Source: an uncultured Dehalococcoidaceae bacterium | GTDB taxonomy: Bacteria; Chloroflexota; Dehalococcoidia; UBA2979 | Length of the DNA: 44,210 nucleotides | Direction of reading: 5' to 3' | Assembly: GCA_964349785.1 (NCBI GenBank) | Contig: CAYGHU010000001.1 | Coordinates: forward strand, 1 to 44,210 | Part shown: piece by piece, positions 7,086 through 15,999 of the stretch | Layout: each line of letters starts with the position of its first letter | Numbering within the stretch: the first letter of the stretch is position 1 | Program-made: the position numbers and the translations under genes | Notes under the pieces: generated by a model | The model's database searches: none | Told to the model about the DNA's origin: nothing | Seen by the model: only the letters and a program-made list of their open reading frames with translations

Positions 7086-7518
7086 CAGGTATAGTGCGAA
7101 GCCCACTCACGGCAGTGCTATCGTTTCCGTAGTCACGTCACTATCGAATCAGGACGCGACATAATCCGCTGCCTCGAAGGACGGGGGGTGGGTGGGGTGA
7201 CCGGGATGCGTGGGCGCCCGTTTCCCTATCGGGGTCCCATAGCCATCCATGAGCATCGTGCAGAGAAAAATAAAAACCGGTGCGGCGGAATTTCGTCGGA
7301 TTTTATGAAACCCGTGCGGGGGTGTTCAGCGTCCCCAGGTATCGGGACTGGCGCCGGGGGTGAGGATGCCGATGAGGAGGACAACGGCGAGGCCGGCGAG
7401 GATGAGGAGGGAGTCTTTGGACACGGTGGTGGGAGTGTAGGTGGTGGGGAGGTGGAAGTGAACGTCTAGACATCGTCTGCGGCGCGATGAATAATCGTGA
7501 CCTTGGAGGATTAGGCAG

Positions 7519-7920
7519 ATGACGTTTCCCTACGAAACAACGGAACTGGACAGGGCAATAGGGGTGATGCGGGACGCCGCAGACGCGCCTGGCAGGCCGA
7601 TTTACGGCAGGACGGGAGTGTCCCTGGCCGACCTTGAGCGGGCTACTCTCCAGATGGCAGACGCGCCGCAGAAGATGTCCCCGCTGGACCAGGCGTTCGA
7701 TCGGCTTGGGCAGACGACCGAGGGATTGCGAGCGCGCATCGAGCAACTGGAGAAGCGGCTCGCACCGCTGCTGTGTCACCGGCCTCAGAACGAGGTGGTG
7801 GACAAGGTTGGTGTCCTGGCTCCTTCGTCGGATTTGGTAATGCGGCTGAACGGTGGCGAGCACCTGTTGGGCGACCTTTGCGGGCGGCTCGACTACCTGC
7901 TCGACAACCTGGACTGCTGA
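7519..7920 (+). CDS. Hypothetical 133-aa protein
   Basis: GGAGGA lies 8 nt upstream of the ATG. Coiled-coil-like centre. Confidence 0.65.
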   Translation: MTFPYETTELDRAIGVMRDAADAPGRPIYGRTGVSLADLERATLQMADAPQKMSPLDQAFDRLGQTTEGLRARIEQLEKRLAPLLCHRPQNEVVDKVGVLAPSSDLVMRLNGGEHLLGDLCGRLDYLLDNLDC

Positions 7921-7921
7921 C

Positions 7922-8149
7922 GTGCCCGGTATCGATGGAGCAACGGACCGCCCGACCTACGAATTCCGCACGACGTGTTTTAACTGCCACCACCGGGTGA
8001 CGTTCACCATCCCGAAGGGTGTGACGGCGCAGGCGTATCTGTCCGGGGCGCCGTGCCCGATGTGCGGGTGCTCTCCGGTGAAGGGGACGACTTGGGTGTT
8101 CACCGAGCCGCGGATTGACCGGAAGCCGAAGCCTTGGTGGCGGCGATGA
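7922..8149 (+). CDS. Hypothetical zinc-ribbon protein (CFNCHH...CPMCGC)
   Basis: GTG 7922 directly follows the upstream stop. Two CxxC pairs. Confidence 0.55.
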   Translation: MPGIDGATDRPTYEFRTTCFNCHHRVTFTIPKGVTAQAYLSGAPCPMCGCSPVKGTTWVFTEPRIDRKPKPWWRR

Positions 8150-8349
8150 ACCGGGATGCCATCGCGACTGCGATTGCGGAAGCCGAGCGCTTTCTGAAAG
8201 CCGCCAAGGTGTTCGAGGCGGAAGACACGAGGCGTTACGGATTGGCTTCCGGCGGCGCCTTCTCAACCGAAGCCAACGTTGAGCACGCCGCGATGAAGCG
8301 GGCGAGCATGGACCTCACTCGGGCGCTGGCACGGATGCGGCGGCGATGA
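8146..8349 (+). CDS. Hypothetical 67-aa helical protein
   Basis: ATGA overlap with the upstream gene. Confidence 0.55.
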   Translation: MNRDAIATAIAEAERFLKAAKVFEAEDTRRYGLASGGAFSTEANVEHAAMKRASMDLTRALARMRRR

Positions 8350-8531
8350 GGGGGTACGACGCCTGGAAAACGCATGACGTCGAGGCTGAGGCCGCGGAGA
8401 TGCGGGCGGAGGCGTTCGCGGAAGAGATGAGCTGGCCGGACGATGACGGGCCGGTGCGGTGCCCGGACTGCGATGCGGTGATCCCGGACGGGGCGAAGGC
8501 GCATGTGTGCTTCGAACCGGTGCTGGCGTGA
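8346..8531 (+). CDS. Hypothetical 61-aa acidic protein with a CPDC...C motif
   Basis: ATGA overlap with the upstream gene. Confidence 0.55.
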   Translation: MRGYDAWKTHDVEAEAAEMRAEAFAEEMSWPDDDGPVRCPDCDAVIPDGAKAHVCFEPVLA

Positions 8532-8737
8532 GCCGAATCACGTTCGCGTACGAGCTGTGGAAGAAGGGCTTGGTGCCGGACAGCGAGGTGTACCGGGCGC
8601 TGTTCGATGGGGACGACGCTCGGTTGGAGCGGGCTCGCGACATCACGGCGGAAGTGACCGTCGTCGAACTGGACCCGCGCGATGTGGCTGTGGAGCACGA
8701 GGGCGGTCGCATCACGAAAGCGGTGGTGCTCCGATGA
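8528..8737 (+). CDS. Hypothetical 69-aa protein
   Basis: GTGA overlap with the upstream gene. Confidence 0.5.
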   Translation: MSRITFAYELWKKGLVPDSEVYRALFDGDDARLERARDITAEVTVVELDPRDVAVEHEGGRITKAVVLR

Positions 8738-9009
8738 CCCAGCTCGCCCTATCGCATACAGCGGACCCCTCCTCCTCCCACGAGGCAGCGGTCCGGAGCA
8801 ACGCCCAAGCTCACCGCAGGGTCGTCGTTGCCAAGCTCAAAGAGGCCCCTGGAATGACCGGAGCCGAGCTGGCGTCATTGCTGCCCTTCGACGTGTACGA
8901 GACGCGCCGCCGACTAAGCGATGCTCTCCGCTTCGGGGAAGCGCGCCAGGGAGTCGTGCGCCAATGTCGCATCGCCGGTACTAGCGCCGTCGAGTGGTGG
9001 CCGGCGTGA
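8734..9009 (+). CDS. Winged-helix-like DNA-binding protein (91 aa)
   Basis: Reads VVAKLKEAPGMTGAELASLL...YETRRRLSDALRFGEA, a wHTH-like pattern. ATGA overlap. Confidence 0.5.
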   Translation: MTQLALSHTADPSSSHEAAVRSNAQAHRRVVVAKLKEAPGMTGAELASLLPFDVYETRRRLSDALRFGEARQGVVRQCRIAGTSAVEWWPA

Positions 9010-9284
9010 GGCTGCGATTCTGGCGGAAGAACGAACCGCGCCGTCCGGACGCTGAGGCGACCGCGAAGCTGACGTTCCACAACTTTGTCATCTACCTGGG
9101 CGTCGATGAGTGCGACCCAATCGAGATGGCGAACGCGTACCGGGCAATCCCAAAGCGTGACGAGCATGAACTGACCCGCGACCGACTCATTGAGATTGCA
9201 AAGCAGGTGCTGGCCGAGGAACGGTGGGCGCGCGAGGCGCTGTACGACGCGACGTTTTCGCAGGTAATCGGTGGGCGGGCCTGA
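9006..9284 (+). CDS. Hypothetical 92-aa protein
   Basis: GTGA overlap with the upstream gene. Confidence 0.5.
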   Translation: MRLRFWRKNEPRRPDAEATAKLTFHNFVIYLGVDECDPIEMANAYRAIPKRDEHELTRDRLIEIAKQVLAEERWAREALYDATFSQVIGGRA

Positions 9285-9286
9285 AT

Positions 9287-9526
9287 GTGAAAGGCGCGGG
9301 CCGTGGCAGTCCGCGTCGTCTGCCCGATGAGCTAGAGCGGCGCGGGCGTATTCCCCGGAAGAACCGGACGACGTTCGAACACACCACCTGCGAACGGAAG
9401 CGGGAGTACCGCACGGCCGCGGACGCCAACGCCGCGACGATGCTATTCAACGAAGAGGACCGCGTCGGGCTGCGCGCCTACCTCTGTCCCGACTGCCGAA
9501 TGTGGCATCTGGGCCATTCTCGCTAA
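9287..9526 (+). CDS. Small basic zinc-ribbon protein ending YLCPDCRMWHLGH
   Basis: GTG 9287. C-terminal CxxC-x-WH motif. The 3' end overlaps the convergent gene 9443..9934 by 84 nt. Confidence 0.5.
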   Translation: MKGAGRGSPRRLPDELERRGRIPRKNRTTFEHTTCERKREYRTAADANAATMLFNEEDRVGLRAYLCPDCRMWHLGHSR

Positions 9527-9934
9527 CCGCTTCCTCTCCAGGCGCCGCGCATGGGACTGCTGGTTCGAGTGTTGCCGGCACAAACCGGCCGCATGAACCG
9601 GGCGCTGGCACAGCTCCGGCGGGCCGAAGTCCTTCCTGCCCTTCGTCTGCGCCGCCATGTCTCCGGCCGCGCGCTTTGCGTCCCACGTCGCGGCCTGCTT
9701 TTCCCGCTTCACCGCCAGCCGCTCGGGCTTCGAACGGAACCACTCGATGATGTCCGCCTTGAAGAACCGGCGCATCCCGCCGCGCGTGCGGATGGTGCGT
9801 ATCTCGCCCGACCTTTCGAGCTCGGCAAGCCACGAATGGCCGATGCTACCAAGGTTCGCCCGTATCTGGGCTGGCGACGCCCACACGACCTCTTCCCACG
9901 TGATCGGCCCGTCCACGATGAACAATCGTAACAA
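9443..9934 (-). CDS. Antisense-oriented excisionase/MerR-like HTH protein with a C-terminal GLCxxH motif
   Basis: Very high GC3 in this frame. Reads ASPAQIRANLGSIGHSWLAELERSGEIRTIRTRGGMRRFFKADIIEWF, then CQRPVHAAGLCRQH. Start uncertain (TTG 9934/9925 or GTG 9916). Confidence 0.65.
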   Translation of the reverse strand: MLRLFIVDGPITWEEVVWASPAQIRANLGSIGHSWLAELERSGEIRTIRTRGGMRRFFKADIIEWFRSKPERLAVKREKQAATWDAKRAAGDMAAQTKGRKDFGPPELCQRPVHAAGLCRQHSNQQSHARRLERKRLARMAQMPHSAVGTEVGAQPDAVLFVE

Positions 9935-9955
9935 GTCGCTGTACCATCGTCGGCA

Positions 9956-11506
9956 GTGACAGCCGAACTTTCGATGTGGCCTCCCATCGACTACGTCGAG
10001 GCGATGCTCGGTGGGCACCCTGCGCCAGTCCATCCGGAGACCGGCGTGAAGCTGTGGGACCATGGTCTCCGGCTCTCCAAAGAGCAGCGGAAAATCCTCG
10101 TCTCAGGCGCCCGCTACAAACAGATTTGCGGCGGCGTGCGTGCCGGCAAGTCTTGGGTGGGCGCGGTCCACATCTACATCGACTACCTGTGGCGGCAGCG
10201 TCACGGGTTCGGCGACGACAAGTATCTCGTCGTCGCGCTCGGCTACATCCAGTGCGAAGAGGAGATGAACCACCTCCACCGGCTGCTCGAAGAGGACGGG
10301 ATTCCCCACTACTTCTCGACGCCGAAGCAGGACTCGTGGCGAATCTGGTTCCCGCACAACAACGTCGAGATCAGCACCAAGACGACGGCCGATGTGCCGA
10401 AGCTGTCCTCCAAGGCGTACCGCATGGTCGTCATGGCGGAAGCAAACCAGTCCGTGCGAGAGGCGTACCAGAACCTCAAGGAACGGACTTCGCAGACGCG
10501 CGGCGCCGTCATCCTGGAAGGCACCTTCGAAAAGGCCCTCCCTTGGTATGCCCAGATGCAGGACGAGTGGTCGAAGCCGGGAGCCGAGGGCGAGTCCTTC
10601 GAGCTGCCGACCTGGTCGAACATCGTCAACTACCCCGGCGGGCGGGATGACCCCGAAATCCTCCAGCAGGAAATTGGGATGTCCCCCGAGCGGTTCATGG
10701 AGCGCTTCGGCGGAAAGGCCGGCCGGCGGTCCGACCTTGTCATGCGCTACGCCGACGAACGCTACTGCGTCGCGCACCGCTACCCGAACTTCGCCACGAG
10801 CTTCGACCCCGAGGGGGAGGTAATCCTCTGGGGCGACCCCGGCAGCACGCACGCCTACGCCGTGGCGGCAATCCAGTTCGACCAAGACCCGATAACGAAA
10901 GCCGAGACCGCCTGGGTATTCGACAGCATCTACCGCTGGAACCTCGACGCAGAGGCCATCATCGAAGAAGCCGCCAACCGTCCTTGGGCGGCGAACGTGT
11001 CGTCCATCGTGCTCGACTTCGCTGCGCGCCAGCAGAACGCAAACGGCCCGGCGAACACGGAGCAGTGGGCGAAAGGCTGGCTGCGAAAGACCGGCCGGCA
11101 GATTTACGTGGAGACGCAGCAGGTGCCTTTGCAGGTGGGTTACGACGTCCACAAGCGGGCGCTGCTCAACGACTGGCCCGAGGACGTTGCTCGAGCGACG
11201 TTCGACCGCGAAGGAGTCATGCGGCGCGTCACGAACCCCGAGGGCAACCGCATCATGTTCGCCCCCGGCGCGTGTCCGGCTGTGTGGGGCGGACACGTCG
11301 ATGGGCAGTTCTACCAGGGCGAGTATTCGCTGCACCGCCAGAAGCGAAACCGGGAAGGCTCACAGGTGGGTGACGACCCGATTCCTGTGGATGACGACAT
11401 GATCAAGGCCATCAACTACGGCGCGTATCACCGCTGGGGAGCATCGGGCCACGCACGGCGGCTGGACTACACTCCGCGGACATGGGAACTCGTCGTCGCG
11501 TCATAA
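9956..11506 (+). CDS. terL: Terminase large subunit
   Basis: Walker A GGVRAGKSW, Walker B-like YRMVVMAEAN, and C-terminal nuclease-like acidic motifs (ILWGDPGSTHAY, IVLDFAAR). Followed by the portal. Confidence 0.85.
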   Translation: MTAELSMWPPIDYVEAMLGGHPAPVHPETGVKLWDHGLRLSKEQRKILVSGARYKQICGGVRAGKSWVGAVHIYIDYLWRQRHGFGDDKYLVVALGYIQCEEEMNHLHRLLEEDGIPHYFSTPKQDSWRIWFPHNNVEISTKTTADVPKLSSKAYRMVVMAEANQSVREAYQNLKERTSQTRGAVILEGTFEKALPWYAQMQDEWSKPGAEGESFELPTWSNIVNYPGGRDDPEILQQEIGMSPERFMERFGGKAGRRSDLVMRYADERYCVAHRYPNFATSFDPEGEVILWGDPGSTHAYAVAAIQFDQDPITKAETAWVFDSIYRWNLDAEAIIEEAANRPWAANVSSIVLDFAARQQNANGPANTEQWAKGWLRKTGRQIYVETQQVPLQVGYDVHKRALLNDWPEDVARATFDREGVMRRVTNPEGNRIMFAPGACPAVWGGHVDGQFYQGEYSLHRQKRNREGSQVGDDPIPVDDDMIKAINYGAYHRWGASGHARRLDYTPRTWELVVAS

Positions 11507-11545
11507 CCTGTTCGTGACGATGGATCATCGTGTACTCTCGACGAA

Positions 11546-13621
11546 ATGCCGGATGCGATATTTGCTGTTCCGCGCCCGAAAGGGTATAGCCCGCCGAACT
11601 TCCAGAAGGTTGAGGAGCTTCTAAAAGAGCTCAAGCGGGAGCGCCAGCCCGTCATTAACCGCATCTGGGCGATGAAGAGGGCGCGAAGGGGTGATTGGCG
11701 TTACATCATCCAGCGCATCCCGGCTCCTTACCGGACGTACATCCCTGACCCGGACCTCCCGGTGGTGCGCGACATGCTGCAACGCATCGTCGGCCTCATC
11801 ACCCGGCAAGAGCCCATCTTTCAAGTCACCCCGGCCTCCGGCCGACCGCCGGAAGTCCACGCTGCCTCCAAAGAAGAGGCGCGGCTCCACGCGCTGCGAC
11901 TGACCATCGAAGACCAGCAGGACAGGCCCGTCTACGCGATGGGCATCGATGCACAGGTGGCCTGGGGCGAATCGTGGATTGGAGTGTGGCCGGACCCGAC
12001 CCGGCTCGGTGGCGATTACGAACGGGAGAAGGGCGAGGACGCCAAGGATTACGGCCACCGCTACGAAAAGCTGATGGCGCGCGGCGGAGTCCCTATCCAG
12101 TTCGTCGACTTTGACCCGCAGGGCGTCTTCCCGAAGTACAGCCGCGAGCGGTTGGCGATGGTCATCATCGAGACCGAACACTCCCTCACGGATATCGACC
12201 TCGGACTCGGCTACAAGCCCATCGGCTCGGACGGGAAAATCGTCGCATGGCATAAGGGGACGCTCGGCGAAGCGCAGGTAGCTGACCGCGAAGAGTCCCC
12301 CGAAGGCTCAGTGAGCGCGGTGGTCGACCGCCGCACCGATGACGACCCGCAGGGCCAGTCCGCCATGTTCCCGAGCAAGGTGAAGAAGGTCATCTACTGC
12401 GACTCGTGGGTGTGCGTGACGTACATCGACGGCAAGAAGGCCGGCGAGACCTGGGAGCACAACTACGGTTTCGTGCCCATCGTCCCCGCCCTCGGCGAGC
12501 AGACGAGCGACCGCGACCCCGCGTGGCAGTCCGCCGGCCTCGCCGACGCCGTCCTCAAGGTGGCGGAACAGCTTGTCCTCCAGGCCGCGATTATGACTGC
12601 GAGCGCGATGCGGAACGGATTCCCGACAGCGTTCTTGAAGAACCCGGCGCACGGCATCACCCAGCCCCGCGGCAACGAGCCCGCGACCCGGCCGGTGGCG
12701 CTCGGGATGATGAACTTCCTCGGGCCGCAGGAGGAAATCCTCTTCCCCTACAACCAGGCCAACATGAGCCAGGACTTCTACCGGAACCTGGAATGGCTCC
12801 AAGACCAACTCGAAAACGCCACTCCCAGCAACTTCGGGAAGGCTGTCGGCAGCGACATCGCGGGCTACGCAATCGCGCAGATTCGGAACGCCCAGCTCAG
12901 CTCGCTCGCCCCGGTCTACAAGAACGCCGCGCGGCAGTGGCGGAAGATCGGCTACATCCTCCGGCACATCATCCGCACGGAATTCCCCGGCGGTATCTAC
13001 CTTCGCGGTGCCGTCGAGGAAACAGACACCGGCCAGAGCTTCCAGCCGGTCATGAAGTACGGCCCGGAGCACTGCACCGACTGCGCCATCAACGTGATGA
13101 TCGAAGAGGGCATCCCGCAGGACGAGATGTCTCAGCAGAAGATGGCGATCGAGCTCGGCCAGGCCGGCTACTGGTCGCCCCGCCGCGTCATGGAAAAGAC
13201 CGGCGTTGAAGACCCCGACGCCGAGGGCCAGGAAATCCGCGACGCCACGCTGCGGAACTCCCCCGGCTACGCGCAGCAGGTCCTCACCCTCGCGATGGCG
13301 CTCAATGCCGAGCGATACGGCATGGTCGAGGAGGAGTCGAACGACCCCTTCAAGCAGGCGCTCGCGGCGGCGAAGCAGAAGGTAATCGGTGCCCGGCCCG
13401 GTGCGGGGACGATGTCCGGCGGGCAGCCCCCGAACGAGGGCGGGCTCCCCCAGAACGCCAACCCCGGCGGGCAGCCCATTCAGCAGGCTCCTCCCCCGGC
13501 GACACCGCTCGAAGGTGGGCCGACCGCTGGGCCGGCTGCCAACCAAAGCCTGGACCTCAAAAGCGTGGCGGTCCCGCAGATGCCCGGCGGGCCAAAGATG
13601 CGGGAGACGGTGCCAGCGTGA
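11546..13621 (+). CDS. Portal protein (by position and size), with a P/G/Q-rich C-terminal tail
   Basis: 691-aa ORF immediately after terL. Low-complexity C-terminus. No motif verified. Confidence 0.7.
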   Translation: MPDAIFAVPRPKGYSPPNFQKVEELLKELKRERQPVINRIWAMKRARRGDWRYIIQRIPAPYRTYIPDPDLPVVRDMLQRIVGLITRQEPIFQVTPASGRPPEVHAASKEEARLHALRLTIEDQQDRPVYAMGIDAQVAWGESWIGVWPDPTRLGGDYEREKGEDAKDYGHRYEKLMARGGVPIQFVDFDPQGVFPKYSRERLAMVIIETEHSLTDIDLGLGYKPIGSDGKIVAWHKGTLGEAQVADREESPEGSVSAVVDRRTDDDPQGQSAMFPSKVKKVIYCDSWVCVTYIDGKKAGETWEHNYGFVPIVPALGEQTSDRDPAWQSAGLADAVLKVAEQLVLQAAIMTASAMRNGFPTAFLKNPAHGITQPRGNEPATRPVALGMMNFLGPQEEILFPYNQANMSQDFYRNLEWLQDQLENATPSNFGKAVGSDIAGYAIAQIRNAQLSSLAPVYKNAARQWRKIGYILRHIIRTEFPGGIYLRGAVEETDTGQSFQPVMKYGPEHCTDCAINVMIEEGIPQDEMSQQKMAIELGQAGYWSPRRVMEKTGVEDPDAEGQEIRDATLRNSPGYAQQVLTLAMALNAERYGMVEEESNDPFKQALAAAKQKVIGARPGAGTMSGGQPPNEGGLPQNANPGGQPIQQAPPPATPLEGGPTAGPAANQSLDLKSVAVPQMPGGPKMRETVPA

Positions 13622-14055
13622 GCGCCATCTCGGCCGACCCGATGCGGTCATCCGGGACGAAGCCCTACGGGGCGCCGCGCAAACCCGCTCCCGGTACGAA
13701 CGCGATGACGGACGACGGGAAGCGTGTCGCTGACCTCATGTGGGAAGACGCCAAGCGGCTCGCCAACGCTATCGGCGGGGAGTCTCCAGACGATGCGATG
13801 GAACTCGACGAGCACGATGCATGGCTCATCCTGGAAACGGTGGCCGGCGTGCTGCCGCCCGCTCAGTGGAACGACCCGAACGCGCTGACCGACCTGTTCG
13901 AGCTCCGGCGGAAGTTCGCCCAGCTTGAGAGTCCCGAGCTCCGTGTGCTGGCATCGCAGCAGCGGCGAATCAAGGCGCTCACGCCCGACATCTCCATCAC
14001 CCCGGCCAACCCAGCATTCGAAGCGATGCAGCGCCGACTCGCAAGGAGCGCCTAA
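13618..14055 (+). CDS. Hypothetical 145-aa protein
   Basis: GTGA overlap with the portal gene. Confidence 0.6.
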   Translation: MSAISADPMRSSGTKPYGAPRKPAPGTNAMTDDGKRVADLMWEDAKRLANAIGGESPDDAMELDEHDAWLILETVAGVLPPAQWNDPNALTDLFELRRKFAQLESPELRVLASQQRRIKALTPDISITPANPAFEAMQRRLARSA

Positions 14056-15999
14056 ATGCCGATGAAGTTTCCTCCCGCCGTCGAGCAGCACCGCGCCACT
14101 GTCGCGAAATACTTTCCGCCGGAACTGGTGGACAAGGCGCTCTACGTCATCCAGCACGAAAGCGGCGGCAACCCCGGCGCGGTGGGAGACGGTGGCGCTG
14201 CGCGCGGCCTGTTCCAGATTCAGGACAAGCGGAACTTCTCGAACCGCCCAGACGCGGCCTACCTGGACAACGCCGAGAACAACATCAAATACGCAGCCCA
14301 GCAACTCGGCGCGGCCAGGGGCGACTTCTCTGCGTGGGGCGAAGGCACCGAGAACATGGCGCCGTACGACCCAAAGACCGGCAAGGGGAAGTTCGGCGCG
14401 CTGGGGAACAACCCCTTCCCCGGTGGCGCGAGGACGCTCGAATACGTCGACGGTCGCGACAACAGCAAGCGGACCACACTGCCGGGCGACCCGAACGCCC
14501 CGGACTGGCAGCGAAACCCCCTCAACGGGCGGGCGCCTCTCGCGGATGGAGTGGAAATGACGACCCCAACCTCGAACCCGCTGGGTGACTACACCCGCCA
14601 GCGACAGATGCTCGTCGACGCCTTGGAGCGCGCCCTCCAAGTTACCCGGCAAACCCCGGACGACCAGAACGCCATCCTGAACCTGAACTACGCCATCAAG
14701 AACCTTTCGGAGTTCGATTCGGCGAAGGGCAATCAGGCCCTCCTCAAGGACAACAAGGCACAGACGGCATTCAACAACGCCGTGTCGCTGGGCGACTTCA
14801 AGCTCAGGTACGCCGCGGCCGGCTACAACCGCTACCTCGACAAGTCCAAGATGGCGCGCGACGCTGCGGCTGCCGAGCTCTCGGACATGCAGGCGCGGAA
14901 CGAAGCAGCGCAGGCCGGCCCCAGCATGGGCGAGCGGTTCGACCTCGAAAAGAAGACCGGCGTCCTCGCGGGCGGGTACACCATTCCCCCGAGTTTCGAA
15001 GACGTCCATGCGAAGTGGAAGGAGAAGTTCGGCGTCGGCGATGAGCCCGATATGCCGGACGACCCGGACATCGCTATTCCGTCTTTCTCCAGCGATGAGG
15101 AACCGGGCGGGTACAGCGGCGGCGACCAATATGACGACACAGTCGAGACCAACGTCGAGTTCCGTCCCGGCAATCCCTGGAACGACCGCAGCGTCCAGCC
15201 GGAGAAGAAGGAATCGCGCAACGGGCTCGCCACGCCCTACGGCACCATCGGCTTCGGCTCGAAGGGCCCGTTCTGGGACACCCCGCTTTTTCAGTTCGAG
15301 CCGCTGTCTCCGGGCATGGGCGGCGAAACGTTTTCCAACGGCGAGCGGTACGCGTTCCAGAACGCATGGAAGAACCGCCCCTCGGTAGGCGACATGGGCG
15401 GGACGGCCGGCGACGTGGCGAATGCCATTCGCGGCGGCGTCGGTGGCCTCGTCGGTGGCGCAAAGAAACAGGCGGGCTCCGTGGACAACTGGTGGAACGC
15501 AATCAAGAAGCCGGACAAGTGGAAGTTCGGCATCCCTCACCTGGCTGGCGGGACGGACAACCACAGGGGCGGACCCGCGATGCTGAACGACGGAGCAGGG
15601 CCGGAGACCATCATCGGCCCGGACGGGAAGCCCTTCACCCTCCCTGGCGGGCCGCAGGTAGCAGACCTTCCGGCCGGTTCGGCGGTACTCCCCGCGGGTA
15701 TCGACCCGAACGAGGCCATGTCCTACATGCAGATCCGGCAAGCCGCGCAGCAGCCGGATGAAGCGGAAGACCCGATTCAGCGGGCCGTGCGCGATGCTGA
15801 CCCGAATGCTGAGCAGGCGACGAAGCAGGCGCTCTACAAGGCGATGGTCAACTTCCTGGCGATGAATGCGCCGCAGACACCGACCTACACCGGCTCCGGG
15901 CCTGACCCGTGGGCGCACAACCGCGTCCTCAGTGGGATTCCCGCCGACCCCGCGCAAGCGGAGGAACTAGCCGCCGCGGCAGCGAAGGGGAAGCGCTAA
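14056..15999 (+). CDS. Virion-module protein with an N-terminal lytic transglycosylase (SLT) domain
   Basis: Reads YVIQHESGGNPGAVGDGGAARGLFQIQ...NIKYAAQQL, the SLT ES/GLxQ/Y signature. C-terminal GGPAMLNDGAGPETII-type motif. Confidence 0.75.
   Translation: MPMKFPPAVEQHRATVAKYFPPELVDKALYVIQHESGGNPGAVGDGGAARGLFQIQDKRNFSNRPDAAYLDNAENNIKYAAQQLGAARGDFSAWGEGTENMAPYDPKTGKGKFGALGNNPFPGGARTLEYVDGRDNSKRTTLPGDPNAPDWQRNPLNGRAPLADGVEMTTPTSNPLGDYTRQRQMLVDALERALQVTRQTPDDQNAILNLNYAIKNLSEFDSAKGNQALLKDNKAQTAFNNAVSLGDFKLRYAAAGYNRYLDKSKMARDAAAAELSDMQARNEAAQAGPSMGERFDLEKKTGVLAGGYTIPPSFEDVHAKWKEKFGVGDEPDMPDDPDIAIPSFSSDEEPGGYSGGDQYDDTVETNVEFRPGNPWNDRSVQPEKKESRNGLATPYGTIGFGSKGPFWDTPLFQFEPLSPGMGGETFSNGERYAFQNAWKNRPSVGDMGGTAGDVANAIRGGVGGLVGGAKKQAGSVDNWWNAIKKPDKWKFGIPHLAGGTDNHRGGPAMLNDGAGPETIIGPDGKPFTLPGGPQVADLPAGSAVLPAGIDPNEAMSYMQIRQAAQQPDEAEDPIQRAVRDADPNAEQATKQALYKAMVNFLAMNAPQTPTYTGSGPDPWAHNRVLSGIPADPAQAEELAAAAAKGKR

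Noticed and set aside
7188-7469. 93-aa plus-strand ORF (acidic, Gly-rich) in the terS-downstream gap
   Set aside because: It has a GTG start inside a G-tract, no SD, low-complexity sequence and weaker GC3 than the opposite-strand frame. It is not called as a gene.
13648-15957. 769-aa minus-strand ORF, with similar long antisense ORFs at 320..1789, 10103..11335, 12308..13651, 19572..21959, 23544..25871 and 41327..42448
   Set aside because: These are Arg/Gly/Pro/Val-rich translations with no motifs. They lie fully antisense to well-supported genes (SLT protein, RepA-like, TerL, portal, giant protein, capsid, RecT). Open antisense frames of this kind are typical of high-GC DNA.
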